Source of the DNA: an uncultured cyanobacterium
GTDB lineage: Bacteria > Cyanobacteriota > Cyanobacteriia > Cyanobacteriales > Nostocaceae
DNA: 64,000 bases
Reading direction: 5' to 3'
Assembly (NCBI GenBank): GCA_963740315.1
Contig: CAVUDP010000004.1
Span: 960,001 to 1,024,000, forward strand
A program made the translations under genes and the position numbers. Below the pieces are notes generated by a model, which was not told the origin of the DNA, searched no databases, and saw only the letters and a program-made list of their open reading frames with translations. Each line of letters opens with the position of its first letter. Positions within the stretch are counted from its first letter, which is position 1. Shown here in pieces: positions 31,835 through 42,850 of this stretch.

Positions 31835-33277
31835 TTACTGCTGTGCTTCCACGGGGCGCTCGTCGGGAATAAATTGCGCTGGTGTGGTTTCCACTGCGGG
31901 TTTTTCTTCTATTCCGGGTACGGGTAAATTAAAGTTGGGGCCTCTGCGGATGATGCGACTACCGAAATATAATGCAGAAACAAATAAAACGCTGTAAACG
32001 GTTGCGAAGCACAAAAGAGTTGTGAGAACGTTTCCTGGCGGTAAATTTGATACTGCATCAACGGTGCGAATTTCGTTGTATACAGTCCAGGGCTGTCTGC
32101 CTACACAACGTACTATCCATCCAGATTCTACGGCGATGTAACCCAACGGTGCCGCACAAATCCAACCAACCATTAACCAACTTTGCCCAGTTATATTTTC
32201 TGCCGAGAGCTTTCCGCGCAACCACTGAATAACACTTAATGACATTAATCCCGCAAAGAAGAAACCGATCGCAATCATGGTACGGAAAGCGTAGTAAATT
32301 AAACCTACCATGTGCGGTCTATCTTCGGGCTTCCAGGTTTTTAAACCCCGTACTGGTTCCGAAAGTTTCTGCTTGAATTCCAAAATATATCCTAAAGCAT
32401 TGGGAACTACTATCTCCCAAGAATTTTTTTCCGTCTTCTCGTCGGGTATTGCCAACAGACTCCAATCAGCGCTTTCCCCTGCTGGTGTTGTTTCCCATTG
32501 CGCTTCCATCGCCGCTAACTTAGAAGGTTGATAATGATAAACCTGCTCGCCGCTTAAATGTCCTACCCAAATTTGTAGAGGTGCGACAATAATGGCAACC
32601 GCGATCGCAATCTTCAAGGCAATTGAAAAGAAGGCTGGATTCCGCTTGTTGAAAATGTACCAAGCACTGATTCCACCAATTACAAACAGCGAAGTTTCCA
32701 AAGTCGCAAGGAACATATGCGAAACACTCACCGCCATAAAAGGATTAAACACTGCTTTGAAATAATCGCTAACTACAAACTCACCATTAATAAAACTTCC
32801 ACCTGCGGGAGTCTGCAACCAAGAATTTGCCGACAAAATGAACAAAGTTGAAAGATTAGCGCCGAAAGCAACCAAAATCGTCGCCATATAGTGAATTTTC
32901 GGGTTAACTCGCTCCCAACCAAACACCATAATTCCTAAAAAAGCAGCTTCCAACATAAACGCCCAAGACGCTTCAAAACCGATGACGCTGCCAAAAAAGT
33001 TACCAATAGCTTCCGAAAGCGGTCCCCAGTTAGTACCAAACTGAAACTCCATCGGAATCCCACTAGCTACTCCAATACCAAAGTTTAGAACGTAAAGCTT
33101 CGACCAAAAACGAGCGTGGAAATAGTAATCGGGATTGCGTGTCTTTAACCACAGCCCTTCCACAACAACTAAGTAAATACCCAAGCCAGTAGTTAAAACA
33201 GGCCATAACATATGAAAAATCGCCGTCAACGCAAACTGCATCCGCGACAGCGCTACTGTATTAGATAAAATTTCCAT
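31835..33277 (-). CDS. cydA: Cytochrome bd quinol oxidase subunit I
   Basis: SRMQFALTAIFH, EFQFGTNW, QPSKLAAME, GRQPW. Confidence 0.96.
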   Translation of the reverse strand: MEILSNTVALSRMQFALTAIFHMLWPVLTTGLGIYLVVVEGLWLKTRNPDYYFHARFWSKLYVLNFGIGVASGIPMEFQFGTNWGPLSEAIGNFFGSVIGFEASWAFMLEAAFLGIMVFGWERVNPKIHYMATILVAFGANLSTLFILSANSWLQTPAGGSFINGEFVVSDYFKAVFNPFMAVSVSHMFLATLETSLFVIGGISAWYIFNKRNPAFFSIALKIAIAVAIIVAPLQIWVGHLSGEQVYHYQPSKLAAMEAQWETTPAGESADWSLLAIPDEKTEKNSWEIVVPNALGYILEFKQKLSEPVRGLKTWKPEDRPHMVGLIYYAFRTMIAIGFFFAGLMSLSVIQWLRGKLSAENITGQSWLMVGWICAAPLGYIAVESGWIVRCVGRQPWTVYNEIRTVDAVSNLPPGNVLTTLLCFATVYSVLFVSALYFGSRIIRRGPNFNLPVPGIEEKPAVETTPAQFIPDERPVEAQQ

Positions 33278-33649
33278 AAATATAATTGCCCCTCTTACCT
33301 GCTTTCACTTATGACGTGTCAGCTTTGCCACTCACTAGGTAAGCAGTAAATCCTCGGAAGCGTTACAGTATTTTAATATTTCTTAATATATGACAATATG
33401 TCGGGGAGAGGGGAGATGTGGGGGAGAGGGGGAGATGGGGAGATGGGGTTCGGGGGAGATGGGGGGAATAAAGCACTATTAAAAACTATATAACCATAAG
33501 TTAATTTTATTAAGATGCAGGCGATCGCGCAGAATTAACTTATATCTCTATAATTGTTGTTATTCCAAGCTTACGAATAGTCGTTTATACATATTTCCAT
33601 TAAATCAAAAAATAGTAAAGTTGAGAAACTATTTGTATATAAATTAATC

Positions 33650-33789
33650 GTAGGGTGTGTTGCCGCTCCGCGCAACGCACCATTAAATTTCTCATACAAA
33701 TTAACAATATTAAAATATTAAAACGGTGCGTTAGGCGTGAAACATACATATTTTGTCATAATTACCCATCGCGCCATAACACACCCTAC
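33650..33789. repeat. GTAGGGTG-type REP doublet
   Basis: gtagggtgtgttgc..gcaacgcacc ... ggtgcgttaggc..gccataacacaccctac; inverted GTAG/CTAC ends. Confidence 0.7.
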
Positions 33790-33851
33790 AAACTATTGGG
33801 AATAAATAATTGACTGTTAATGATTGTAAAATACGTTAAGCTATTGTAGAA

Positions 33852-34273
33852 ATGACCTATCAATTTGCTGGAATATTTGTCAAAGAATTTCAGATATCCG
33901 CAGAAGTACCTCTTGATATTCCTTATACAGTTAGAAAGGTGAATTCTCCATTTATCGGCTCTGCAATATCAATCCCACAATACGTAATTAAAAATCCATC
34001 TATCGAAGAAGTAAATAATATTGCAAAGAAAATTGGCATAAAACAACAACATGAATGGATGTTTATTTATTCAGCAACGGATGTTGGGCTGGTGAAATAG
34101 ACGACTTATTCGGATACATCAAAAAACCAGGAAAGGAGATGGCTTCTATAATCGACTTCGGTAAAAACAACCTAGAAAATGCTTGCATCTCTTTTATGCA
34201 AAAGTTTAGTCTTTCAAAAGATGAAGCATTAAATTTCGAGCCATTTAAAAGAGGTTTTTGGCGAGAGCAATAA
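33852..34273 (+). pseudogene. Frameshifted hypothetical gene (about 140 aa if joined)
   Basis: ORFs 33852-34100 and 34055-34273 overlap and read ...HEWMFIY / SNGCWAGEIDDLFGY... across one frameshift near 34070. Confidence 0.5.
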
Positions 34274-34851
34274 CAGTAATTTTGTAGGGTGCTGTCACGG
34301 CACAAATATGTATGATATTAGGTTATAAAATTCAAAATATTGTTTTGATTTTCAATTTCATTTGAACGCAAAAAAAAATTAAACAGGGTGAAAATATGCG
34401 ATAATTCAATAAAGTAAATAGTAGGTTTTTTTATAATGGGATGTAAGCAAAATTTTTATGGCAGGCAAGCCTCCCCATTATTAAAAAAACCTTCATATGA
34501 AAGATAATACCACGAAACAACTAATAATAAAAAAATTTTTGGTATCTATATTTAAATTTTTTCGGCTATTAAATATACAAAACGAAGTAAAAAGTAAGTA
34601 ATTATCTCATTATAATGGGGATTATATTAGATGTGCTTGTAATAAATTAAACCTATACTTAATTAAATAAGAGAGGAGAGGATTAAGAAGGTAATCGCTT
34701 AACTTAAGTTAATTAAAAAATGGAATCTATTTAAAAGGTTTGTGAACAATTAATGGTGCGTTACGGCATTATTACAATAATAATATTTTAATCAAATTAT
34801 CAGAGCCATAACACACCCTACTGTTAACTGCTCACTGTTAACTGCTCACTG

Positions 34852-37800
34852 TTAATGCATTCCACAAAATGGATCTCTTTCGGCTTCTACGTTGGTAGAT
34901 TGTGGTTGCAAGGTATCTCTAAAAATGCAACCTTCTTGTTTGAGAAATTCGGGATTTGTAGATGTCCAATAAGGTACTTCAAAGGGATGTACGCGCAATG
35001 TTCCTTTAAAATCTAAGGTTACATAATAACGACAAGGGTATTCGCTGCTAACAATTGGTTGTGGTAGCTCTCCAATTAACTCCCATGTATTAGATTGCGG
35101 ATTGCGGAATTGAAAATAAAATGTGTGTTTTCCGCTGGCTGGAAATGGTGGAAGTTCGGCTATTAAACCGATGGTTTGCGGTTGAGTTGTATCGTTTTCG
35201 TAGCGAAATACTCTTAATTCTTTGCTATAGTCTTTATTAGCTTTAAATAATACTGTATGTGCGTCGGTTTTTAATGCGTTTGCTGCTTCGACGACGTTAA
35301 CTGCTATGTCGCAGATTACTTGTGAATCGTCGGTGATTAGTTCTTGATTTCCTATTGCTTTTGCTGCGTCTATGCTGGGAATATTTATTGGTATTAAATA
35401 GTGGGGTATGCCGCGACAAAGTAATAGATCGATGTCCAGTTTTTGATTGATTTCAAATTGAACTTTGATATTATTTTTAAAGTCGTCTTCGGTGATTCCC
35501 AATTTTTTCATTAAAGCGTCACCGTTGAAGCTTCCCCATAACTGTAACTTCATTTTTTCAAAGTCTTGTCTTCTGACGTTATTGGTTAACTGCATTCCTA
35601 ACCAATTGCTGCGTAATTTTGCCATTCCTTCTTCGGCTTTGAGTTGGTAAAGTTCTTGCCCAGCGTGAAAAATTGGTACTGGACTTCCACCGATTACTTC
35701 TCTAACGAAGGAGCAAGGTAAAAAGTAAAATAAGTTTTTGACATCAATATAAAGTTGATTTGCACCTTTTCTGAGTAAATCTTTAGACTCTTGCGGAGAA
35801 AAGCTTAATTGACGGAGTTTTTCAGCAAAGCAAGCTCCGGCGGATGTGGCTAATTTAGTGTATTCTGGTTCAAAGGTGACTCTTTCTTCATTCCAAACAA
35901 AGTAATCGGATTTACTAAATACTCGGTAAAGTTCGCGTTCGACTAGTTCTAAGTTACAGGTTTTACCTGATAAAATTAACCAGTCTACCTGTTCTTTTTT
36001 AGCTTTCTCATCGTCCTGTTCGATTAAATTTATTTCGCTGACAAACCTAGATTTAAAAGCATTTTCAATTAACCCGGAAGCGATACCGACTGCTTCTTGA
36101 ATTACGGGGGAAGCAGCTTTATCGAATTGTTCTCCGGTTAAGGTGACGCTGATTTTTTCAAGTACGTCTGTGGGTAATTGAATATCGTTTTGAGAAAGTA
36201 ATTCTGATATTTGCTGTCCATCTAAAACAAATATTGCTTCTGGGATATCAGTTACAAGAAAACGTTTTTGTCCCAAAGCTAACTTGGCATTTTCAGCGTG
36301 TTCCCAAAGATCGTAAAATGTTTGAGAGCGGGATGAACGATTTTTCCAACGGGTAGGTAAAACTTTTTCAGCGTCGTTTAAAGCTTCTTTATAAGTATCA
36401 CCTTCGCGAATTTCTTTATCTACACAAGCTAACAGCGAACCTTTGCGATATTTACCGTTATCTAAAAAGCGGCTCTGTAACTCTTCCGGCTGTACTTTCA
36501 ATACATCTCTGGGTAAAATATCATCTGCAACAGCACTTAAAAGAGAATCAGCGATCGCCACTTTTAAAAGTAAAAATAATCGCAGCGAAATCAATTCCCC
36601 ACCTAACTGTAAATGCCCTGAAGATCCTAACAGTTTTGGTGTAAGTTTATAATAACGTCCCCCATCACCTCTATCTTCGGTAGGTTCAAAAGGATCAATT
36701 TCTTCTAAAGTCAATCTAATTAAAGCTAAATCGGTAGTTCCCCCACCAATATCCAATACTAAAACATTTTGCCACCATTTATTTCCATCGTGACGACAGC
36801 GACTTTTAAAAGATTCGATACCTAAATTCAAATCGCCACCAAATTCTTGCCATAAAAAGAAGATAGCTGCCGAAACTGCTTCATCGTAAGCCATTTGTAC
36901 GTCTTCGATACCCAGCTTCTTCACTAAACTTTCGATTTCCCGACGGATAAACGGGGAAGCAATTGTCGGATATGTCAAAACTGCACGATAAAAATTGCCA
37001 TCGCTGCATTTGCCGGGATAGCGCTGACGATATTTCTGGGTTAAATCAATTAACTCAGCGTAAGCAGCCTGCAAAAGTTGATTTACTGGAATAGTATCTT
37101 CCTTACCATCCAAACTTATATCAAAACTGCGCTCTTGACCAAAATAACGTTTGGGAGAATGCAAAAAACGTCCGTCAATTCCTTCACCTTGCTTAATCGC
37201 ATCCAACCTGTGCTGATATGCTTGTTCCCCCAACATCACCTTTACCTTTGCTGGATCTTGAGTTGGTAAAGAAGGTTCTAAATTAATCACCTCCAACTCC
37301 GAAGGAATTTCATTTAAGCGTCTATCTTTATCTAACTCAACGGGTAACAAACTTTGCCATTCCAAAGCCGGAACTCGAAAAACTTGATGATAAATTTGAT
37401 TTAATCTTTTACTAGCAGCACGACGGAACCATCCCAAACGCTTGCTCAGACAGATTTCTATTTCTCGAATCGCTTCTAAAAGTTGCTCTCCTCGTAAAAG
37501 CTGTAAATTAGCTGGATTAAAATCCTCCAAGTTTTTACTGAGGTGAGAGAATAACTTTTGCCACTCAGCATCCCAAACATCGCGACCAATACCCGGTACC
37601 TCATCCACAGGGCGTTGCGTCAACCAAAACGCCAAATTTTCGCTTAACTTTTCCTCTTGTTCGCTGGGTAAAGTATGGGGAGTAACAATCACCTTTGGAT
37701 CGTAAAGCGTCACCGTAGAATTAGAAGTACCAAAATCGATCGCAAACCAACCGGGATAAGTTATATCAGATTTTTCCGAAATAACCGATGAAGAGTGATT

Positions 37801-38283
37801 CAGAATAGGGGTTTCGCCGATCATATCTTGATTGGTAATTTCTTCAGCAAGTTCCGGATTTCTCCAGCGAGCATTTTCCTCAGCAAAAGTCCACATATTG
37901 CAATCAGCCGCAGCAGTTTTTTTAACAGATAAAATTGCCGTACCCGTATCATCAGCATCGAAATACTCAGCAGTTACCCGCAAAGTCAAATTCAGCCCTT
38001 TGGTTAAAGGTTCATTCCAGATGCAATCATTTTGTCTCAACCGCTGCGGAGAAGTAAGTTTAAGTAATTTATCGGTACTAAAGCTAACACTTTTATAAGC
38101 CGATTCTATTTGTTGAGCTAATTGCGATCGCTGTCCCAAAACCTTAATTTCAATCGAAGAAATAAACGGAGAATTAGGACTATCAACAGGTTTTATCTCA
38201 ACAACCGGCAACAATAAAAGTAACGGATCGGTTTCCTTAGTACGCAATTGATAACGACTGAAAAGTTCAATTTTGACAGGCAT
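34852..38283 (-). CDS. Large Hsp70/actin-fold ATPase domain protein (SrfB-like)
   Basis: AIDFGTSNS, YDEAVSAA, VLDIGGGTTD, LGGELI, LILSGKT motifs; 1143 aa. Confidence 0.8.
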   Translation of the reverse strand: MPVKIELFSRYQLRTKETDPLLLLLPVVEIKPVDSPNSPFISSIEIKVLGQRSQLAQQIESAYKSVSFSTDKLLKLTSPQRLRQNDCIWNEPLTKGLNLTLRVTAEYFDADDTGTAILSVKKTAAADCNMWTFAEENARWRNPELAEEITNQDMIGETPILNHSSSVISEKSDITYPGWFAIDFGTSNSTVTLYDPKVIVTPHTLPSEQEEKLSENLAFWLTQRPVDEVPGIGRDVWDAEWQKLFSHLSKNLEDFNPANLQLLRGEQLLEAIREIEICLSKRLGWFRRAASKRLNQIYHQVFRVPALEWQSLLPVELDKDRRLNEIPSELEVINLEPSLPTQDPAKVKVMLGEQAYQHRLDAIKQGEGIDGRFLHSPKRYFGQERSFDISLDGKEDTIPVNQLLQAAYAELIDLTQKYRQRYPGKCSDGNFYRAVLTYPTIASPFIRREIESLVKKLGIEDVQMAYDEAVSAAIFFLWQEFGGDLNLGIESFKSRCRHDGNKWWQNVLVLDIGGGTTDLALIRLTLEEIDPFEPTEDRGDGGRYYKLTPKLLGSSGHLQLGGELISLRLFLLLKVAIADSLLSAVADDILPRDVLKVQPEELQSRFLDNGKYRKGSLLACVDKEIREGDTYKEALNDAEKVLPTRWKNRSSRSQTFYDLWEHAENAKLALGQKRFLVTDIPEAIFVLDGQQISELLSQNDIQLPTDVLEKISVTLTGEQFDKAASPVIQEAVGIASGLIENAFKSRFVSEINLIEQDDEKAKKEQVDWLILSGKTCNLELVERELYRVFSKSDYFVWNEERVTFEPEYTKLATSAGACFAEKLRQLSFSPQESKDLLRKGANQLYIDVKNLFYFLPCSFVREVIGGSPVPIFHAGQELYQLKAEEGMAKLRSNWLGMQLTNNVRRQDFEKMKLQLWGSFNGDALMKKLGITEDDFKNNIKVQFEINQKLDIDLLLCRGIPHYLIPINIPSIDAAKAIGNQELITDDSQVICDIAVNVVEAANALKTDAHTVLFKANKDYSKELRVFRYENDTTQPQTIGLIAELPPFPASGKHTFYFQFRNPQSNTWELIGELPQPIVSSEYPCRYYVTLDFKGTLRVHPFEVPYWTSTNPEFLKQEGCIFRDTLQPQSTNVEAERDPFCGMH

Positions 38284-38589
38284 ATTTTATGTGAGAGGGG
38301 GTAGAGGGGGGAGAGGGGGTAGAGAGGGGAGAGGAATTAGGAGTTATGAGTTAGGAGTTGCTTTTTTCTCTAAAACTACTTATATCTCTTAAATTCTTAT
38401 TTCTGTGTCCTCTGCGTCTAGTAAGGTTTTATTAATCAGTAATCTTCCGGTAAAAAAGGAGTTAGGAATTAAGACTTTTAATGTAGAGACGTAGCACTGC
38501 GGAGTCTTCTTATAGTTATGAATTCAAACCTGCTAATTTTTCATTGTTTACTGATAACTGCTCACTGCTCACTGCTCACTGTTAACTGA

Positions 38590-41151
38590 CTACTCCGGAT
38601 AAGAAATAACAGTAATTCGCTTCATAGTATCCAACCATTCAGGGGTAGAAGCAGAAGTAGTTTCTTCCGCTGAAGCAATATATCTCAACAACGGCTCATG
38701 TTTTGATTTTAAAAGTTCTTGTAAACTATCAACTATCTCCTTCAATGCCATTGAAAAGGAACCTTTAACTTGTTTTGTTAATTCGCTGACGTATTGAATC
38801 AAATGTAATCCCGCACTTGCAGTAATTTCATCCCGCAATCTCAACACGGCAATTTGATGGTTAAATGGTCTTGGTGGTACTGAAAATTGTTTGTCGGGAC
38901 TCCAATCAAATATTTGTCCTTTTTGATGTTGTGCGTCTTTTCTTGCTAAAGGAAATAAACTATCAGCATTTATCGGTACTGCACTATTAGCCAATCCGCT
39001 GTGTTGAATAATTAAGTTTTGCCATTTATTAGTTGGATCGATCGCTCGCAACAAATATCTATATAAACGAGTTTCTCTCTTGCCAAATTTCTCCTGAATT
39101 CGCTGTTCTAATTGTGGCTGAATTATTTCTTTAATTTTATTCCGCTCTAACTGTACTTCTACTGCTAATTTGTTGAATAAATCTTTCACCGTTTCCGCAG
39201 TTCTTTCATGAGCGAAAGACTGCATTTCGTTAACTGTTTTAACGAAGGAATTATAAAAATCGTCGCTTTGAGTGGGAATTGCATCTTCCTCTTCGTCTTC
39301 TTCAAAGATGCTGGCATTTTTGGTAAACGTAATCGTGCCGTTTTTCGTCCTATCAAATAATAAAGTCCATTCGCTCCACTCAAAAAAGATTTTATTAGTT
39401 AACTCATCTTTGACAACATCGCTCAAAGTCGATCCAGTACGATTTTTTAACATCGGCTGTTTTTCTAAATCTTCCTGAAAATGCCGATATGTTGTCACCA
39501 AATTCTCTACTTTTTCCCGTAACTCCAAAAAAGCGGGATTTTCCACCACCGGAATATAAGCGGGAATCTGTTCTAATACAGCTTTTAAATTATTTTGCTC
39601 CTTCATTACAGTTTCCGCAGCCCTTTGCGTATCTTCCAAAAGCTGCTTCATTCCATGCTGCCCGACATGATCTTTGAGTAGCGATCGCAATCGACTTACC
39701 CCACCGTCTTCGGCATAATCGCTCAACTGTTTATGCAAAGTACTTGACTGCGGTAACATCTCCCCCAACTTGCGCCATTTTTCCCGCAACTCAACTTCAT
39801 CAGCTTGATTCGGCTTTTCTAAATCCGGTAAAAACTCTGGGGAACAAACTTGTATCAACGAAGAATATTGCGCTTGCTTAGTCAATCCGTAAAGCTGCGA
39901 CAGTAAAACAATATTTTTCTTCTCAGTAGTCAAATTACTCGCACTAGCAAGAGTTAGATAAAGAATTCTCAGCTTTTCTAAAACAGCTTCTTCCGATAAT
40001 AAAGGTTCATCCAAAACCTCATCGATCGCTAACATATCGCGACTTGACAAAGGAAGCTGATTAAACCTTCCCATACCAACGATAATTCTATCCCTTAAAT
40101 CTTGCCCCTTATCTCGTTCCAACATACTGCGAATTTTCGCTGCTGTTACTCCCCCCGGATATCTACCGTTGAGCAACAGTAAAATCGTTTGTACCTCAGT
40201 CAATTCCCGCAGCGATAAAAAAGTATCCCTGATACCCGAATCAGCCGCACCCAAACCGGGAAAATCTAACAATACAAACTCATTCGTTCCCTGTAAACCC
40301 GATAAATCCCATATCTGTTTCGATACTTCAACCGTAATATCTATCCGTCGAATCAACGAGAAACTATTGTGTAAATCCCTCGCTGAAGGCTGCGCGAAAG
40401 TTTCCCAACGCTTCGGAGATGCAGGTAAATCCCGAAACTTTAACTCCAAAATATTCATTGGGGGTTCAGCCAGTCTCAACCCCTTATTTGCCGTAAAATG
40501 GTCAATTTCGTAATTTCTACCGCAGATATCTTTCCCGTAAGCGCTATAGGTGCGAACGAATACCACCACTTCCCGTAACAAAGCTCGCAATTCCAAACTT
40601 TGGGTTTGATTCCATGCTTGCTCGCACCAAGTTAAAATTCCATTGGTATCTACGAAACTTGTCGGATATAAACTTTTTAAAGTGGCTAAAGGTGCTGCGG
40701 GTACTTCCGCCAACTTTGCTCTACCTTCCACCACCTTGAGCATAAAACCCAAACATTCTTTTACCCCTTCATGGGAAAGATACTCTACCGTAAATTTACT
40801 TACCTTTGTTGTCTGTAATTCGGGTTGCTGTACCAAATGAATCGCAGTTACATTACCCGTAGAAGGAGTTTCGCTAACTGGTAAAGCATCCGCAAAACCG
40901 ATTAAACTGCCAATTAGTAGAGTTTTTCCGCTGCTGAATTCCCCCATCACACCAATTTTGACAGGAGAAGAAGCCAACTCCACCGTAGAGCGGGCAGACT
41001 GTACCAGACGCTGAATGTTTTCATGGATACTCGTGGGCACCCAATCTTCTTGAGGTGGTGGATTTTCCGAAACCAACTCCAAACTTTGAAGCACCGATTC
41101 CGCATACTCCTTATAGCGGCGTAATTTCTCTACTGCTATATCACTTTTCAT
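38590..41151 (-). CDS. Dynamin-like P-loop GTPase (SrfC-like)
   Basis: G1 GEFSSGKT, G2 PSTGNVT, G3 DFPGLG, degenerate G4 GRFNQ; helical C-terminal half. Confidence 0.8.
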   Translation of the reverse strand: MKSDIAVEKLRRYKEYAESVLQSLELVSENPPPQEDWVPTSIHENIQRLVQSARSTVELASSPVKIGVMGEFSSGKTLLIGSLIGFADALPVSETPSTGNVTAIHLVQQPELQTTKVSKFTVEYLSHEGVKECLGFMLKVVEGRAKLAEVPAAPLATLKSLYPTSFVDTNGILTWCEQAWNQTQSLELRALLREVVVFVRTYSAYGKDICGRNYEIDHFTANKGLRLAEPPMNILELKFRDLPASPKRWETFAQPSARDLHNSFSLIRRIDITVEVSKQIWDLSGLQGTNEFVLLDFPGLGAADSGIRDTFLSLRELTEVQTILLLLNGRYPGGVTAAKIRSMLERDKGQDLRDRIIVGMGRFNQLPLSSRDMLAIDEVLDEPLLSEEAVLEKLRILYLTLASASNLTTEKKNIVLLSQLYGLTKQAQYSSLIQVCSPEFLPDLEKPNQADEVELREKWRKLGEMLPQSSTLHKQLSDYAEDGGVSRLRSLLKDHVGQHGMKQLLEDTQRAAETVMKEQNNLKAVLEQIPAYIPVVENPAFLELREKVENLVTTYRHFQEDLEKQPMLKNRTGSTLSDVVKDELTNKIFFEWSEWTLLFDRTKNGTITFTKNASIFEEDEEEDAIPTQSDDFYNSFVKTVNEMQSFAHERTAETVKDLFNKLAVEVQLERNKIKEIIQPQLEQRIQEKFGKRETRLYRYLLRAIDPTNKWQNLIIQHSGLANSAVPINADSLFPLARKDAQHQKGQIFDWSPDKQFSVPPRPFNHQIAVLRLRDEITASAGLHLIQYVSELTKQVKGSFSMALKEIVDSLQELLKSKHEPLLRYIASAEETTSASTPEWLDTMKRITVISYPE

Positions 41152-41629
41152 ACTTGCTCCCCATTCACGCAGAGATTATTTTTTCACGATATTTTGGTAG
41201 ATGGCAGCGATCGCATGGTGCGGGTAAATTACTTTAAATGATAATAAATGATAAGTTTTGACCCTAAACCATAAATTACGGCATTATTTACCGCTTGTAG
41301 ACTTTAAAAATTAAATTAACGTTTCAAATAAATTATTACCACTATTTGGTACTAAAATAACGAACAATAAGTTTTTGTTTGATTTTAACAATACAAATTA
41401 ATTTTTTGGTCAGGATTTATTCATTAATTAATTTAATCATTTTGACCGCGATTTCATCTGATACCGTACCCGACAATATATTTTTATACATAATTAAATC
41501 TGTAGATAAATGAAATAAATTTGACATTATAGGTTTAGTTAGGATTGACGATAACAATAAGTACGGTCATGGCAAATGCTATCATTATTTACACTAAACT
41601 AACTGCCAGATTGGCAAATATTTATTTAC

Positions 41630-42850
41630 AAAAAGTCCTGTTTTAGGTTGGGTTAGACGCAGGAGTTAATTTATTCTTGATTTATAGTGTAAAAGCTGAG
41701 TAACCCAACATCGAGTTTTGGTTGAAGCGTATTGTTTGGTTGGGTGTTAAATATTGAATTTGTTTGAATTATTTTGTTTAGCCTGACACAACCTACGAAC
41801 TGATAAAAAACCGCAGAAACGCAGCGAAAAGTGTGGTCTTGGGGGTTTCCCCCATGAACAACTTTTCAAGAGAGAGAGCGCAGAGGAAAGAAGTTTCATA
41901 GAAATAGTAATTAGCGATCGCCTTATCTAAGCATCACATAAAGTCCGATTGTAGGTTGGGTATTACGCACGAATCAATTGATTTTTGATTTATAGCGATC
42001 GAGCGTCGTAACCCAACATCAACGTTTTGGTTAAAGCGTAAAATATTGAAATTGTTTGAATTATTTTGTTTAACCTTTTAGAAATAGTGAGTCAGTTGCT
42101 GGGGTCGGTTTCCGTTCCAGCAAACTGACGAACCCGAAGGATCAGGCGATCGCATCTGCAAGTTCTGATAGCACGATTATTGTCTGGGATTTACAGCAAA
42201 TTTTCACTCTTGATACCTTAGTATATGGCTGTAATTGGGTGCGTGATTATTTACAAACAAATGTAGAAGTAGAAAAAGGCGATGCCTACGGTGGGTTGCA
42301 CCAACGGACCGATCTTTGTCCTTGATGAGTATGTGCTTGGCTGTTTGAGTAACATCCATGCAAGAAATGTCGAAGCGGCTGAATTTTAGAATTAGATACT
42401 TATTAAATTGATATTTAATTTATTAGTTTGGCATCACGAACCAATTTGTTTGAATTATTGTGTTTAGTTTTCCAGATTGTGTTGCGTTTCCTGACACAAC
42501 CCACTAACTGAGAAAAAAACCGGCTCTAGACGCAGAGAGCGCAGAAGAAAGAAATTTCATAGAGATAGTAATTAGCGATCGCCTTATCTGAGCTTCACAT
42601 AAAAAAATCTTGTAGGTTGGGTTAGACGCACGAATAAATTTATTATTGACCAAGAGTGTAGAAGCGTCGTAACCCAACATCCGGGTTTTGGTTGAAACGT
42701 ATTATTTGGTTGGGTGTTAAATATTGAATTTGTTTGAATTATTTTGTTGAGCTTTCGAGATTGTGTTGGGTTATGCCTCCGGCACACAAGCGCGGTGTTC
42801 ACGAAGTGTAAGCGAAGCGCTACGTTCCTCAACCCAACCTACGAACTAGG
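41630..42850. repeat. Three degenerate tandem copies of a roughly 300-bp unit with GTAGGTTGGGT-type REPs
   Basis: taggttgggt..acgc...gtaacccaacatc...aatattgaa.ttgtttgaattattttgtt at about 41644, 41952 and 42613; tail atagtaattagcgatcgccttatct occurs twice. Confidence 0.75.
42131..42325 (+). pseudogene. C-terminal fragment of a WD40-repeat protein
   Basis: NPKDQAIASASSDSTIIVWDLQQIFTLDTLVYGCNWVRDYLQTNVEVEKGD...LCP*; no start codon. Confidence 0.7.
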
